Below are positions 50,227 through 59,694 of a stretch of DNA of 64,000 nucleotides, in pieces; position 1 is the first letter of the stretch; each line of letters starts with the position of its first letter. The notes below the pieces were generated by a model. The model had not been told where the DNA came from, did not search any database, and worked only from the letters and a program-made list of their open reading frames with translations. The position numbers and the translations under genes were made by a program. The stretch is taken from the NCBI GenBank assembly GCA_963770895.1, contig CAVYRF010000002.1, positions 992,001-1,056,000 of the forward strand. Direction: 5' to 3'. Source of the stretch: an uncultured Acidobacteriota bacterium (lineage in GTDB: Bacteria; Acidobacteriota; Thermoanaerobaculia; Multivoradales; UBA5704).

Positions 50227-51645
50227 ATGCCCAAAGAACGCGATGCGCAGCGGAAAGGCGCGTCCGGCGATGATCCCGCCGGCGTGCACTTCTCGGCAAA
50301 AGAGTTCGCGGACCTGGTTGCCAATCGGCTGCCGGGCCGGCGGCGGCATCAGCTTGTCCGCCACATGGTGCGCGGTTGCGTGGCGTGCTCGAAGATCTCG
50401 GCGCGCGTCCTGGCGTCCACCAGGAAGGAGGGGGTGCCGCAGCTCCCCCTGGGGATCAACCAGGCAGAGTTCGATCTCGTGTTCACCAATGCCACCAGCG
50501 CCACCGAGCTGCGGGACCGACAGCTTGCCTGGGAGCGCCTCCAGGCCTGGGTGCTCTGGTGCGAGCTGGAGCCCCTGCCGCCCGCAGAGAGGCAACACCG
50601 CGTACGCCACTACAAGGAGTTTCACACCTGGGGCATGTACGAGCGGTTGCTGGAGGCAAGCGTCTGGCACCGCCACAACGATCCGGCGGAAGCGGTCGAC
50701 ATCGTGAAGCTGGCGGTGCTCGTCGCTGAGAACATGCCCAGCTCTCACATCCCGGGGCGAGCCGGTGGCCGCACCCGGCTGCTGGCGCGCGCCTGGACCC
50801 ATCTCGCCAACGCGATGCGGGTGGCGGCGGATTTCGACGACGCGCGCAGAGCCCTCAACCAGGCGTGGGGATTTTGGGAGGACGCGCACGACCCCGAAAC
50901 GGAGGCCAGGATCTACAGTGTCGAAGCCAGCTATCACAGCGACCGCGGCGACTTCGCCATGGCCGAGATCGTCGGCCAGCAGGCGCTCGATATCTATACG
51001 GCGCTGGGCGCCGAGTATCGGCACGAGCAGGGGCAGACGCTGCTGACGATGGGGGTCAATCTCATCGACGCCAATCCCCGCAAGGGCATGTTGTTCTTGC
51101 GGCGCAGCCTGGGCCTGGTGGACCTGAACCGCGAGCCGCGGTTGCACCTCTACGGCAAGCACAGCATCGCGGCCTGTCTTGCAGCGCTGCGGCAGGGCGA
51201 AGCCGCGCTTGCAGCCTTGGAGGAAGTCCGGCCGCTCTACCGGCAGTACGATGACGACGCCTTCATTCAGCTGCGCTTGCACTGGCTTGAAGGCCGAGTC
51301 GTTCGATGCCTCGGCAAGCCCGTCGAGGCGGCGCAAGTCTTCGCGCAGGTGGCGGAGCAGTTCAGGGCGCTCGACATGCGTCATGAAACGGTGTTGGCGG
51401 CGCTCGACCAAGCGGAGGCGCTGGCCGCGCAAGGCGACTTCGACGCCGCGCAAAGGGCTCTCGAAGAGGTCACACCTCTGATGACCGCCTGGCGGCTGAA
51501 CACCTACCTGGTGGCGGCGTGGCTCCTCCTGATCAACGCCCTCAAAACCCACCAGACGGTCGATCTCTTTCCCCGCCTGCAGCTCTACTTCAGCCTCCGC
51601 TGGAAAGCGCCTGTGGAGTTCGTCGCAAATCCCGAGCCGTCGTGA
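50227..51645 (+). CDS. Zinc-finger (ZAS-like H-x24-H-x4-C-x2-C) + TPR-like protein, paralog of 11808-13511
   Basis: GGGAGG SD then ATG at 50227; VRHMVRGCVAC; REPRL; RLHWLEGR; helical repeats. Confidence 0.75.
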   Translation: MPKERDAQRKGASGDDPAGVHFSAKEFADLVANRLPGRRRHQLVRHMVRGCVACSKISARVLASTRKEGVPQLPLGINQAEFDLVFTNATSATELRDRQLAWERLQAWVLWCELEPLPPAERQHRVRHYKEFHTWGMYERLLEASVWHRHNDPAEAVDIVKLAVLVAENMPSSHIPGRAGGRTRLLARAWTHLANAMRVAADFDDARRALNQAWGFWEDAHDPETEARIYSVEASYHSDRGDFAMAEIVGQQALDIYTALGAEYRHEQGQTLLTMGVNLIDANPRKGMLFLRRSLGLVDLNREPRLHLYGKHSIAACLAALRQGEAALAALEEVRPLYRQYDDDAFIQLRLHWLEGRVVRCLGKPVEAAQVFAQVAEQFRALDMRHETVLAALDQAEALAAQGDFDAAQRALEEVTPLMTAWRLNTYLVAAWLLLINALKTHQTVDLFPRLQLYFSLRWKAPVEFVANPEPS

Positions 51646-51718
51646 GAAGAATCGACGGCATGGCGCCCAGCGGCGGCACGGGATGATCCAGCAAGGGATC
51701 TGAAGCTCCAAGCCCGTT

Positions 51719-51847
51719 TTACGGCGGGCCGCACTTGATCGCGACGGAGCAGATGGGCGGGTTCGAATTGTTGCCGCCTTGCACGGTGCTGAGAAGACTG
51801 GTGAGGGTCTCCCTGTGGATCACGAGCTTCGCTGCATTCTTTTTCAT
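51719..51847 (-). CDS. RiPP/lanthipeptide-like precursor, 42 aa (MKKNAAKLVIHRETLTSLLSTVQGG-NNSNPPICSVAIKCGPP)
   Basis: Hand translation; AGGAGG SD 4 nt before the ATG; TAA at 51719-51721; RETL leader, double-Gly, core with 2 Cys and 2 Ser. Confidence 0.8.
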   Translation of the reverse strand: MKKNAAKLVIHRETLTSLLSTVQGGNNSNPPICSVAIKCGPP

Positions 51848-52069
51848 GTCGCCTCCTGGCGGTTGGCGGGCGCCGGCGCAACCGCCGAACGCGCGCCCTA
51901 TCTCATGTTCTACTTATAGACTGTGCGCAATCTTCGAAAAATGAGACGCGGGGGGCACTGCAAGCCAACTCCGCCGCCCAACCGCCAGGCCGGCGCTTCG
52001 GACGGCCGCGGCGGTCCCTGCGTCGCCGGCGGACTGGTGCCGCCGGCACAATCCGCGGCTGCCGCCGTT

Positions 52070-52633
52070 TCAGGCGCGGCTGTCCCAGAGCGGGTCGGGG
52101 ATGCCTTTTTGCAGGTTTTCGAAGCGCGCCATGACGAACAGGGCGTCCGACAGGCGGTTGACGTAGGTGAGGACGCAGGGGCCGATCGCTTCCTGGCGTG
52201 CCAGGGCGACCAGGAGCCGTTCGGCGCGGCGGCACACGGTGCGGGCGACGTGCAGGTGGGCGGCTCCGGGGCTGCCGCCGGGCAGGATGAAATTGGCCAG
52301 CGGGCCCAGGCGGTCGGTGAGGTCGTCGAGCAGCGCTTCGAGCGCATCCACGTGGCGCTGCTCGATGACCGGCACCTTGATGCGCTCCTTGTCCTCTTCG
52401 CGCACGCACAGGTCGGAGCCCAGGTGCAGCAGCTCGTTCTGGATGCGGCGGACGGGACCGGCCAGCTGCGGGTCCAGGCCGTGCGCCAGGGCGACGCCGA
52501 GCGTCGAGCTGAGCTCGTCGACGGTGCCGAACGATTCGATGCGCAACGAATCCTTGGCCACCCGTTGGCCGCCGGCCAGGCCGGTCGTGCCGTCGTCGCC
52601 GGTGCGGGTATAGACGCGCGTGATGCGGGGCAT
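52070..52633 (-). CDS. PduO-type ATP:cob(I)alamin adenosyltransferase
   Basis: [38 protein letters not shown]. Confidence 0.93.
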   Translation of the reverse strand: MPRITRVYTRTGDDGTTGLAGGQRVAKDSLRIESFGTVDELSSTLGVALAHGLDPQLAGPVRRIQNELLHLGSDLCVREEDKERIKVPVIEQRHVDALEALLDDLTDRLGPLANFILPGGSPGAAHLHVARTVCRRAERLLVALARQEAIGPCVLTYVNRLSDALFVMARFENLQKGIPDPLWDSRA

Positions 52634-52650
52634 GGGCGCAGTGAGCGAGC

Positions 52651-54162
52651 TTAGCGCGGGGCGGTGGCGCCGGCTGCCGGAGAGTCGGAACCCGGCAGAG
52701 CGGCGGCGGTGGACGCGGCGCCCTGGGCCAGGTCGCCCGCCAGACGGCGCAACAGCTGCCACAGGTCGTCCAGGTGGTCCCGTGAGGTGCGCAGGTTGCC
52801 GATCGCCACGCGCAGAGTGTACCTGCCGTCGAGGACGGTGTGCGACAGAAACCAGGGGCCGGCGGCGTTGACCGCGGCCATCAGCCGCTCGTTCAGGCGG
52901 TCCTGGTCCGCGGGCGCCACGCCCTCGCCGGCGCGGGCGCGGAAACAGACGACGCTCAGGGGGACGGGAGCCGCCAGCTCGAAGGCGGGGTCGGCTTCGA
53001 TCCGGGCGGCCAGCTCGCGCGCCATGGCGCAGTGATCGCGCAGGCGCTCCCGCAGCCCATCGACGCCGAACGCGCTGATCACCATCCACAGCTTCAAGGC
53101 GCGAAAGCGGCGTCCCAGCTGAAAGCCCAGGTCCATCAGGTTGGTCGCCTGGTCGCCGTCGGTGCGCAGGTATTCGGGCACCAGCGAAAAGGCGTCGCGC
53201 AGGTTGGCCGGATCGCGGACCAGCAGGATCGAGCAGTCGACCGGCGTGAACAACCACTTGTGCGGGTTGATCACGATCGAATCGGCGCGCTCCAGGCCGG
53301 GCATCTGCGTCCGCAGCTCGGGACAGATCGCCGCCGCGCCCGCATACGAGGCGTCGGCGTGCAGCCACAGGCCGTGGGCGGCGCAAATGTCGGCGATCCG
53401 CGGCAGCGGATCGATGCTGGTGCTGGAGGTGGTGCCGATCGTCGCCACCACGGCCAAGGGGCGCCGTCCCGCCGCAAGGTCGGCGGCGATGGCCGCTGCC
53501 AGGGCATCGGGAACCATGCGGAACGCCGCGTCGCTCGCCACCCGGCGCATCTGGTCCTGTCCCAGCCCCAGGACGATGGCGGCCTTGTCCACCGACGAAT
53601 GAGCCTGGTCGCTGGCGTAGAGGGTGAGCGGCGCCACCTCGGGCCGCCCGGCCAGACCGCGGGTGCGCGCGTCCAGGCCGGGCAGGCGGTGGCGCGCCGC
53701 CGCCAGGGCGACCAGCGTGCTGGTCGAGGCGGTGTCGTTGATGTGGCCGCGGAACTCCTGCGGCAGGCCGATCATCTGGCGAAACCAGTCGCAGACCCGC
53801 TCTTCCAGCTCCGTCGCCGCCGGTGACGTGCGCCACAGCATGGCGTTGACGTTGAGCCCCGCCGCCAGCGCTTCGCCGACGATACCGGGAGCCGAGCCGG
53901 TGATGGCGAAGTAGGCGAGAAAACCGGGATGGTTCCAGTGCGTGACGTTGGGCTCGATCCACCGCTGGTAGTCGTCGATCAGGTCGTCCAGCGATCGCGG
54001 ACCATCCGGCGGCGCCACCGGCAGGTGGGCAGCCACCTCGCCGGGCTTGACCCCGGGCAGCACCGGCCGCTCGCCGACGCCTTCCAGGTAGTCGGCCACC
54101 ACGTCGGCAACGCGGTGCATCGCGGCGCGGAATTCAGGGATGGGGGTGTCCTGGCTCGACAT
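52651..54162 (-). CDS. Group II PLP decarboxylase (aromatic-L-amino-acid decarboxylase-like)
   Basis: [41 protein letters not shown]. Confidence 0.9.
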   Translation of the reverse strand: MSSQDTPIPEFRAAMHRVADVVADYLEGVGERPVLPGVKPGEVAAHLPVAPPDGPRSLDDLIDDYQRWIEPNVTHWNHPGFLAYFAITGSAPGIVGEALAAGLNVNAMLWRTSPAATELEERVCDWFRQMIGLPQEFRGHINDTASTSTLVALAAARHRLPGLDARTRGLAGRPEVAPLTLYASDQAHSSVDKAAIVLGLGQDQMRRVASDAAFRMVPDALAAAIAADLAAGRRPLAVVATIGTTSSTSIDPLPRIADICAAHGLWLHADASYAGAAAICPELRTQMPGLERADSIVINPHKWLFTPVDCSILLVRDPANLRDAFSLVPEYLRTDGDQATNLMDLGFQLGRRFRALKLWMVISAFGVDGLRERLRDHCAMARELAARIEADPAFELAAPVPLSVVCFRARAGEGVAPADQDRLNERLMAAVNAAGPWFLSHTVLDGRYTLRVAIGNLRTSRDHLDDLWQLLRRLAGDLAQGAASTAAALPGSDSPAAGATAPR

Positions 54163-54259
54163 TCGGCGCCCCGGTCACAGAGTTGTTGGCGTGAGCAGCT
54201 GAGGCGGCCCGCCGGCATCTGCACCGCGCGGACCGCCCCTGGATGGATTGGACGATCGG

Positions 54260-55354
54260 CTAGCTGACGTTCTTGCGCTTCAGCTCGTCGTCGATGATCT
54301 TGGACAGCTCGTCCGAGGAGACCGCGCCCGAGATGAAACGGCCGTTGACGAACATCGCCGGCGTGCCGTTGACGCCCGCCTTGCTGCCGGCCTTCATGTC
54401 GACCTGCACCTGCGGCTGGTCCTTGCCCGAATCCAGGCAGCTGTTGAAAGCGGTGGCGTTGATGCCGGGAATCGCCGCGGCCTTGGTCTTCAGGTTGTCG
54501 ACGGCCAGGGCGGTCTGGTCCTTGAACATGGCGTCGTGCATCTCCCAGAACTTGCCCTGGTCGTTGGCGCACAGCGCGGCTTCGGCGGCCTTGGCGGCAT
54601 TCTGGTGCATGGGCAGGGGGAACTGGCGGAAGACCAGGCGCACCTTGCTGCCGTACTTGGTGACCACTTCCTGCAGCGTCGGGGTGACGCGGCCGCAGAA
54701 CGGGCACTGGAAATCGGAGAATTCAACGATGGTGACCGGGGCGTCTGCCGGGCCGCCCTTGGCGGGGAAGCCGGCGGCGGCCACCTGCACGCGCATCGGC
54801 TCCAGCATGTAGTCGACCTTGTACTTGGCCTCCAGCGTTTCGTAGAACTTGTCGCGCGCCTGCTGCTGGCCCTGCGCCTGCAGGTACTGCTTGATCTGCG
54901 GGATCAGCTGCTCCTTGGGGCGCGGCGGCATCTGCGCCTTGTTCTTCTCGTAGAAGGCTTCGGCATCCGCGTCGGACACTTCGGCGGGCTTGATATCGGC
55001 AAGCAGCTTGTCGCTCGAGACGCCGCGCGCCGCCGCTTCGGCGTCCAGCAGCCGCGCCTGCACCATCTTCTTGAGCTCCTGCTCGGTGATGTCGTGCTTG
55101 CGCTGCTGGTATTCGTGATCCAGCTGGTCGTACTGGTCGGAGGCCGCGGCGTTCAAGTCTGCCGCCGTGATCACCTTGCCGTTGACCCGCGCCAGCACCT
55201 GCGACGAGCTGTCCTGCGCGGATTTGCCGGTGCCGGCGTCGTTCTTGGCCTGCGCCGAGCAGGCGGGCAGGCAGCAGCCGACGCCGAGCGCCAGCGCCAG
55301 CACGCCCTTGACCACCTGGCGAGAGGCGGTCTTTGTACGATGGGATGCATCCAT
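54260..55354 (-). CDS. DsbA-like thioredoxin-fold protein with SurA-like N-terminal domain
   Basis: EFSDFQCPFC, RQFPL..H, GVNGTPAMFVNG; AAGGAG SD before the ATG at 55354. Confidence 0.88.
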   Translation of the reverse strand: MDASHRTKTASRQVVKGVLALALGVGCCLPACSAQAKNDAGTGKSAQDSSSQVLARVNGKVITAADLNAAASDQYDQLDHEYQQRKHDITEQELKKMVQARLLDAEAAARGVSSDKLLADIKPAEVSDADAEAFYEKNKAQMPPRPKEQLIPQIKQYLQAQGQQQARDKFYETLEAKYKVDYMLEPMRVQVAAAGFPAKGGPADAPVTIVEFSDFQCPFCGRVTPTLQEVVTKYGSKVRLVFRQFPLPMHQNAAKAAEAALCANDQGKFWEMHDAMFKDQTALAVDNLKTKAAAIPGINATAFNSCLDSGKDQPQVQVDMKAGSKAGVNGTPAMFVNGRFISGAVSSDELSKIIDDELKRKNVS

Positions 55355-55544
55355 GGTCTGTAACTCCTTTGTACTGTAAACAGGATCAACGATTTGCAAG
55401 GCAAATCCCGAGAGCGCGGCCTGGTATTTTAGCACACGGCAAGCGGCTCACCGCCAGCGAGCGACCAGCCAGCGGGATCAAACGACCCCTCGATCGGGTC
55501 TACGAACGCGGCAGCCGCGCCGTCTATGCGCCGCCTATGCGCCG

Positions 55545-56468
55545 CTAGGTGTCGCGCCCACCCTGCACGTTTGCCGGGGCCGCCACGGCGGCGGCGGGCG
55601 CCGCCAGGTGGCGCGCCACCAGGCCCTCCAGGATGCGCTCGGCGCCGATGCCGCGCATCCGCATCGACGGCCCCGACAGCAGCGCTTCCGCCAGCGCCAG
55701 CAGCGCCCCGCGCGGCGGTTGCCGCGACGACGGCGGCAGCGACCGCAGGACGGCCGCCGCGGCGACGGCCCAGGGTTGCCCGGCGCGCGGGTCGTCCCAG
55801 CCGCCGTCGCCGCCGGCGCGCTTGCCGCCCCCGCCGGGCGAGCCGGCACCGGCCAGCGCTTCGGCGGCGTGCAGCAGGTACACCGCGGCGCCGGTCGAGG
55901 CGTAGGCGCTGGCGGCGGCGGCAAACGCCCGTGCCACCGCGTCGACGCGCTCGCCGTCGGCCGCCGTCGCCGGCCCCAGAAAGACGGCCAGCGAGCGGCT
56001 GCGCAGCGTCGGCAGCAGGTCCAGGCGCGACGGCGCCAGCAGCAGGAAGTGGCGGGGAGAGGTCAGGTGCGGCTCTTCCAGGCTCTTGAGCAGGGCGTTG
56101 GCCGCCTCGCCGGTGAGGCTTTCGGCGCTGGCGATCACGAACACCTGGCCGCGCGCTTCGAAGGGTGACACCTGCGCCCCACGCATCAGCTCGCGCGTCG
56201 CATCGACCGAGGTCGACGCCTTGAGGTCGCGCTCCAGCACCTGCAGATCGGGATGAAAGGGGGCGTCCTCCGCCTCCCCGGGCCAGGCGATGCGCCGGCA
56301 GTGCCGGCAGACGCCGCAAGGCCGCGCCGGCGGCGGCGCTTCACACAGCAGGATGCGCGCCAGCTCGATCGCCGCGTGGCGCCGCGCCGCGGCTTCGCCG
56401 CCGTACAGAATGGTGGACGGATACAGCCGCCCCAACCGGGCCGCCTCGATCGCCGCCGGCAGGTTCAG
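55545..56468 (-). CDS. holB: DNA polymerase III delta-prime subunit-like (start CTG 56468 or TTG 56435)
   Basis: C...PCGVCRHC, HPD, ANALLKSLEEP, LLPTLRSR; follows tmk. Confidence 0.82.
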   Translation of the reverse strand: MNLPAAIEAARLGRLYPSTILYGGEAAARRHAAIELARILLCEAPPPARPCGVCRHCRRIAWPGEAEDAPFHPDLQVLERDLKASTSVDATRELMRGAQVSPFEARGQVFVIASAESLTGEAANALLKSLEEPHLTSPRHFLLLAPSRLDLLPTLRSRSLAVFLGPATAADGERVDAVARAFAAAASAYASTGAAVYLLHAAEALAGAGSPGGGGKRAGGDGGWDDPRAGQPWAVAAAAVLRSLPPSSRQPPRGALLALAEALLSGPSMRMRGIGAERILEGLVARHLAAPAAAVAAPANVQGGRDT

Positions 56469-57217
56469 AACCGCGCCTCCGCCGCCGGCGGCGGCAGCAG
56501 GTCCGCCAGCGCCGCGCGCACTTGCGACGCGGTGCGCGCCGGATCGCCGCTGGCGTCGATGACGTGGAAACGCCGCGGCTCGCGCTCGGCCAGATCCAGG
56601 TAGCCGCGCCGCACCCGCTCGTAAAACGCCAGGTCCTCCGCATCCAGGCGGTCGGTCCCGGCCGCTCCGCCGCCGCCGCCGCCACTGCCGCCGGTGCCAT
56701 CCTCGCCCGCGGCGCCGGCGCCGGCGAGCCCTGCGGCGGCCGGCCGCGGATGCCGCGACGCGCGGCGGGCGCCGGCATGGCGGCGGGCGCGGGCGGTGGC
56801 CGCGGGCAGCTCGAACAGCAGGGTACGGTCAGGACGGCGGCCGCCCGTCGCCAGGAGGTCGATCTGGTCGATCAGCGGCAGCGCCAGGCCCCTGCCGCTC
56901 CCCTGGTAGGCGAGGGTCGAATCGGTGAAGCGGTCGCACAGCACCGTCTGGCCCGCGGCCAGCGCCGGCTCGATCACCTGCAGCAGGTGCTGGCGCCGGC
57001 TGGCGAACAGCATCAGCAGCTCCACCGTGCTGTCGAGGGCTCCCCAGCGCGGGTCCAGGAACAGCTCGCGCAACGCTTCGCCCAGCGGGGTGCCGCCCGG
57101 TTCGTGGGTGGTCAGGGTGGCGACGCCGTGGCCGGCCAGCCAATCCGCCGCCCGCGCCAGGTGCGTCGTCTTGCCACTCCCGTCGACCCCCTCGAACGTG
57201 ATGAACAGCGGCGGCAT
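56465..57217 (-). CDS. tmk: Thymidylate kinase
   Basis: FITFEGVDGSGKTT, EPGGT, DRFTDSTLAYQG. Confidence 0.95.
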   Translation of the reverse strand: MPPLFITFEGVDGSGKTTHLARAADWLAGHGVATLTTHEPGGTPLGEALRELFLDPRWGALDSTVELLMLFASRRQHLLQVIEPALAAGQTVLCDRFTDSTLAYQGSGRGLALPLIDQIDLLATGGRRPDRTLLFELPAATARARRHAGARRASRHPRPAAAGLAGAGAAGEDGTGGSGGGGGGAAGTDRLDAEDLAFYERVRRGYLDLAEREPRRFHVIDASGDPARTASQVRAALADLLPPPAAEARF

Positions 57218-57245
57218 GGCGCGTCAACTTAACACGCGCCCGCGT

Positions 57246-58325
57246 TCAGGTCAGCAGGGCCACGCCCTTGATCACCGCGTAGATCTCCTGGCCAGGCCGC
57301 AAGTCGAGGTTGGCGAGAGACTTGCGCGTGATCTGGGCGAGCAGCGGCGTACCTCCGGCGTCCAGCTTGACGACCGGCTGCCCGGCGCCGCCGGAGACGT
57401 CTGCGGCGATCTCCGCCACCAGCGCCGCCACGATGTTGAGGACGCTGGTGCGCTGGGGGCGGTCGAGCGCCAGGGTAACGTCCGTGGCCAGCACGCGCAC
57501 GCGCAGCCGGCTGCCGGGAGCCGCGGCCAGGCGCGGCAAGCTCAGCCTGCCGCCGGCGAAATCCACGTAGGTGAGCGCGAAGGCGTCGTCGTGCGCCGCC
57601 ACGGTGGCCTCGACCACCGCTCCCAGCTCGCCATCGCTCGCCCAGGGGAGCAGGTCGAGCCGGGTCGCCACCTCGCCCGCCGGGCCGGCGGCGCGCACCC
57701 TGCCGCCGGCCAGCAGCAGCAGGTGGTCGGCAAGGCGCAGCACCTCGCCGGCGGAGTGGCTGACGTAGACGATCGGCACCGCCAGAGCGGCGTGCACGCG
57801 CTCCAGGTAAGGCAGGATCTCGCGCCGGGCGGCGACGTCGAGCGCCGCCAGCGGCTCATCCATCAGCAGCAGCCGCGGGCTGGCCAGCAGCGCGCGGGCG
57901 ATGGCGACGCGCTGGCGCTCGCCTCCCGACAGGCCGCGCGGGTCGCGCGCCAGAAGCGGCGCCAGGCCCAGCCACTCGACCGCCTCGTCGAAGGCCACGC
58001 GGCGTTGCCCGGCGGCGGTGCGGCGCCAGCCATAGTCCAGGTTGCGGCGCACCGACAGGTGGGCGAACAGGCCGGCATCCTGAAAGACGTAGCCGACGCG
58101 GCGGCGATGGGTGGGCATGAACCGCCCCCTGGCCTCGTCCTGCCACACCTCGCCGCCGACCTCCAGCAGGCCGCCGGCGGCGCGATCGAGCCCGGCGAGG
58201 CAGCGCAGCAGGGTGGTCTTGCCGGAGCCCGAGGGACCGAACACGGCGGTGACGCCGGCGTCCGGGGCGGTGAAGTCGACGTCCAGCGCGAAGCTGCCGC
58301 GCCGCAGCTGGAAGCGGGCCTTCAT
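57246..58325 (-). CDS. modC: Molybdate ABC transporter ATPase
   Basis: GPSGSGKTT, LSGGERQR, MDEPL, C-terminal TOBE domain AQITRKS. Confidence 0.92.
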   Translation of the reverse strand: MKARFQLRRGSFALDVDFTAPDAGVTAVFGPSGSGKTTLLRCLAGLDRAAGGLLEVGGEVWQDEARGRFMPTHRRRVGYVFQDAGLFAHLSVRRNLDYGWRRTAAGQRRVAFDEAVEWLGLAPLLARDPRGLSGGERQRVAIARALLASPRLLLMDEPLAALDVAARREILPYLERVHAALAVPIVYVSHSAGEVLRLADHLLLLAGGRVRAAGPAGEVATRLDLLPWASDGELGAVVEATVAAHDDAFALTYVDFAGGRLSLPRLAAAPGSRLRVRVLATDVTLALDRPQRTSVLNIVAALVAEIAADVSGGAGQPVVKLDAGGTPLLAQITRKSLANLDLRPGQEIYAVIKGVALLT

Positions 58326-59014
58326 TCCGGCGGCGCCGCCGGCAGGGCGCGCCGCTGCCCGCGATTGAGGACGTAGACCACCCACAGGACGGCAAACGAG
58401 AACAGCAGGATGCCGAGCGACAGCCGGTGCGCCTGGGCGTATTCGAGCCGCTCCACGTGGTCGTAGATGGCGATCGACAGCACCCGCGTGCGGCCGGGGA
58501 TGTTGCCGCCGATCATCAGCACCACACCGAACTCCCCCAGGGTATGGGCGAAGCCCAAGGTCGCGGCGGTCAGGAAGCCGCGCCGCGCGAGCGGCACGGC
58601 GACGGTCCAGAAGCGGTCGGCGGGACCGGCGCCGAGCGTCGCCGCGGCCTCCAGCGGCAGCCTGCCGATGCTCTCGAAGGCGCCTTGCAGCGGCTGCACC
58701 ACGAACGGCAGCGAGTAGAGCACCGAGCCGATCACCAGGCCTGGAAAGCTGAACACCGGCGGATCGAGCCCCAGGGCCAGCCACATCCGGCCGCCGAAAC
58801 CGTGCGGGCCGAGCGCCAGCAGCAGGTAGAAGCCGAGCACGGTGGGCGGCAGCACCAGCGGCAGCGCCACCACCGCCTCGCAGAACGGGCGCAGCGGGTT
58901 GCGCGTGCGCGCCAACCACCACGCCAGCGGCGTACCCATCAGCAGCAGCAGCGGCGTGGCGGTCGCCGCCAGCCGCAGCGTCAGCCACAGCGCTTCGGTG
59001 TCGGTGCCGGGCAT
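58322..59014 (-). CDS. modB: Molybdate ABC transporter permease
   Basis: LPLVLPPTVLGFYLL, EAAATLGA, FAHTLGEFG, GNIPG.T. Confidence 0.93.
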   Translation of the reverse strand: MPGTDTEALWLTLRLAATATPLLLLMGTPLAWWLARTRNPLRPFCEAVVALPLVLPPTVLGFYLLLALGPHGFGGRMWLALGLDPPVFSFPGLVIGSVLYSLPFVVQPLQGAFESIGRLPLEAAATLGAGPADRFWTVAVPLARRGFLTAATLGFAHTLGEFGVVLMIGGNIPGRTRVLSIAIYDHVERLEYAQAHRLSLGILLFSFAVLWVVYVLNRGQRRALPAAPPE

Positions 59015-59195
59015 TCCGCATCGCAGGCTAAGCCCGCGCTGCCGGCCCGTCAACCGGCCGGTCACGCGACCCGTCAACAGACCCGCCGACCGGAGCGCCG
59101 GGCGGCCGGGTTTGCTCCGGGCGGCGGATTTGCATAACGTGTGCGACGGCTTGTTAGCCCGTACTTTCCAATTTCACCTACGCGGAGGAGCACCT

Positions 59196-59486
59196 ATGCC
59201 AGGCAAGACCACCGAAAAGAAGCCCGCCGGCGCGAGCAAAACCAGCGCCTTCATGAAACCCGTGCAGCCGGACGCCGTGCTGGGGGCCATCGTCGGCACC
59301 GCGCCGCTGCCGCGCACCGAAGTCACCAGCAAGATCTGGGACTACATCCGCAAGCACAACCTGCAGGACCCGCAGGACAAGCGCACCATCCGCGCCGACG
59401 ACAAGCTCAAGCCGTTCTTCGGCGGCAAGGCCTCGGTGTCCATGCTGGAGCTGCCCAAGCTGGTCAAGGAGCACCTCAAGACGTAG
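59196..59486 (+). CDS. Stand-alone SWIB/MDM2 domain protein
   Basis: FMKPVQP, PLPRTEVTSKIWDYIRKHNLQD..DKR.I..D; GGAGGAG SD. Confidence 0.9.
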   Translation: MPGKTTEKKPAGASKTSAFMKPVQPDAVLGAIVGTAPLPRTEVTSKIWDYIRKHNLQDPQDKRTIRADDKLKPFFGGKASVSMLELPKLVKEHLKT

Positions 59487-59694
59487 GGCTCGGCCAGCCG
59501 GTCGGACCGCCCGCGGTGCTGCCGGGCTCCGCGCAGCCGCGCTCGCGCGTCTCCCCTGGCGCCTGGGGGCCCGGCCACGGCGGCACTTCGAACGTGCCGC
59601 CGCGGCCATCCCGGCCTGCTCCCGGCCCTGGCGTGGCCGCGGCCGGGGCCGGTCGATCGGCATGCGAGCATTCGAGCATTCGAGGGCAAGGACC

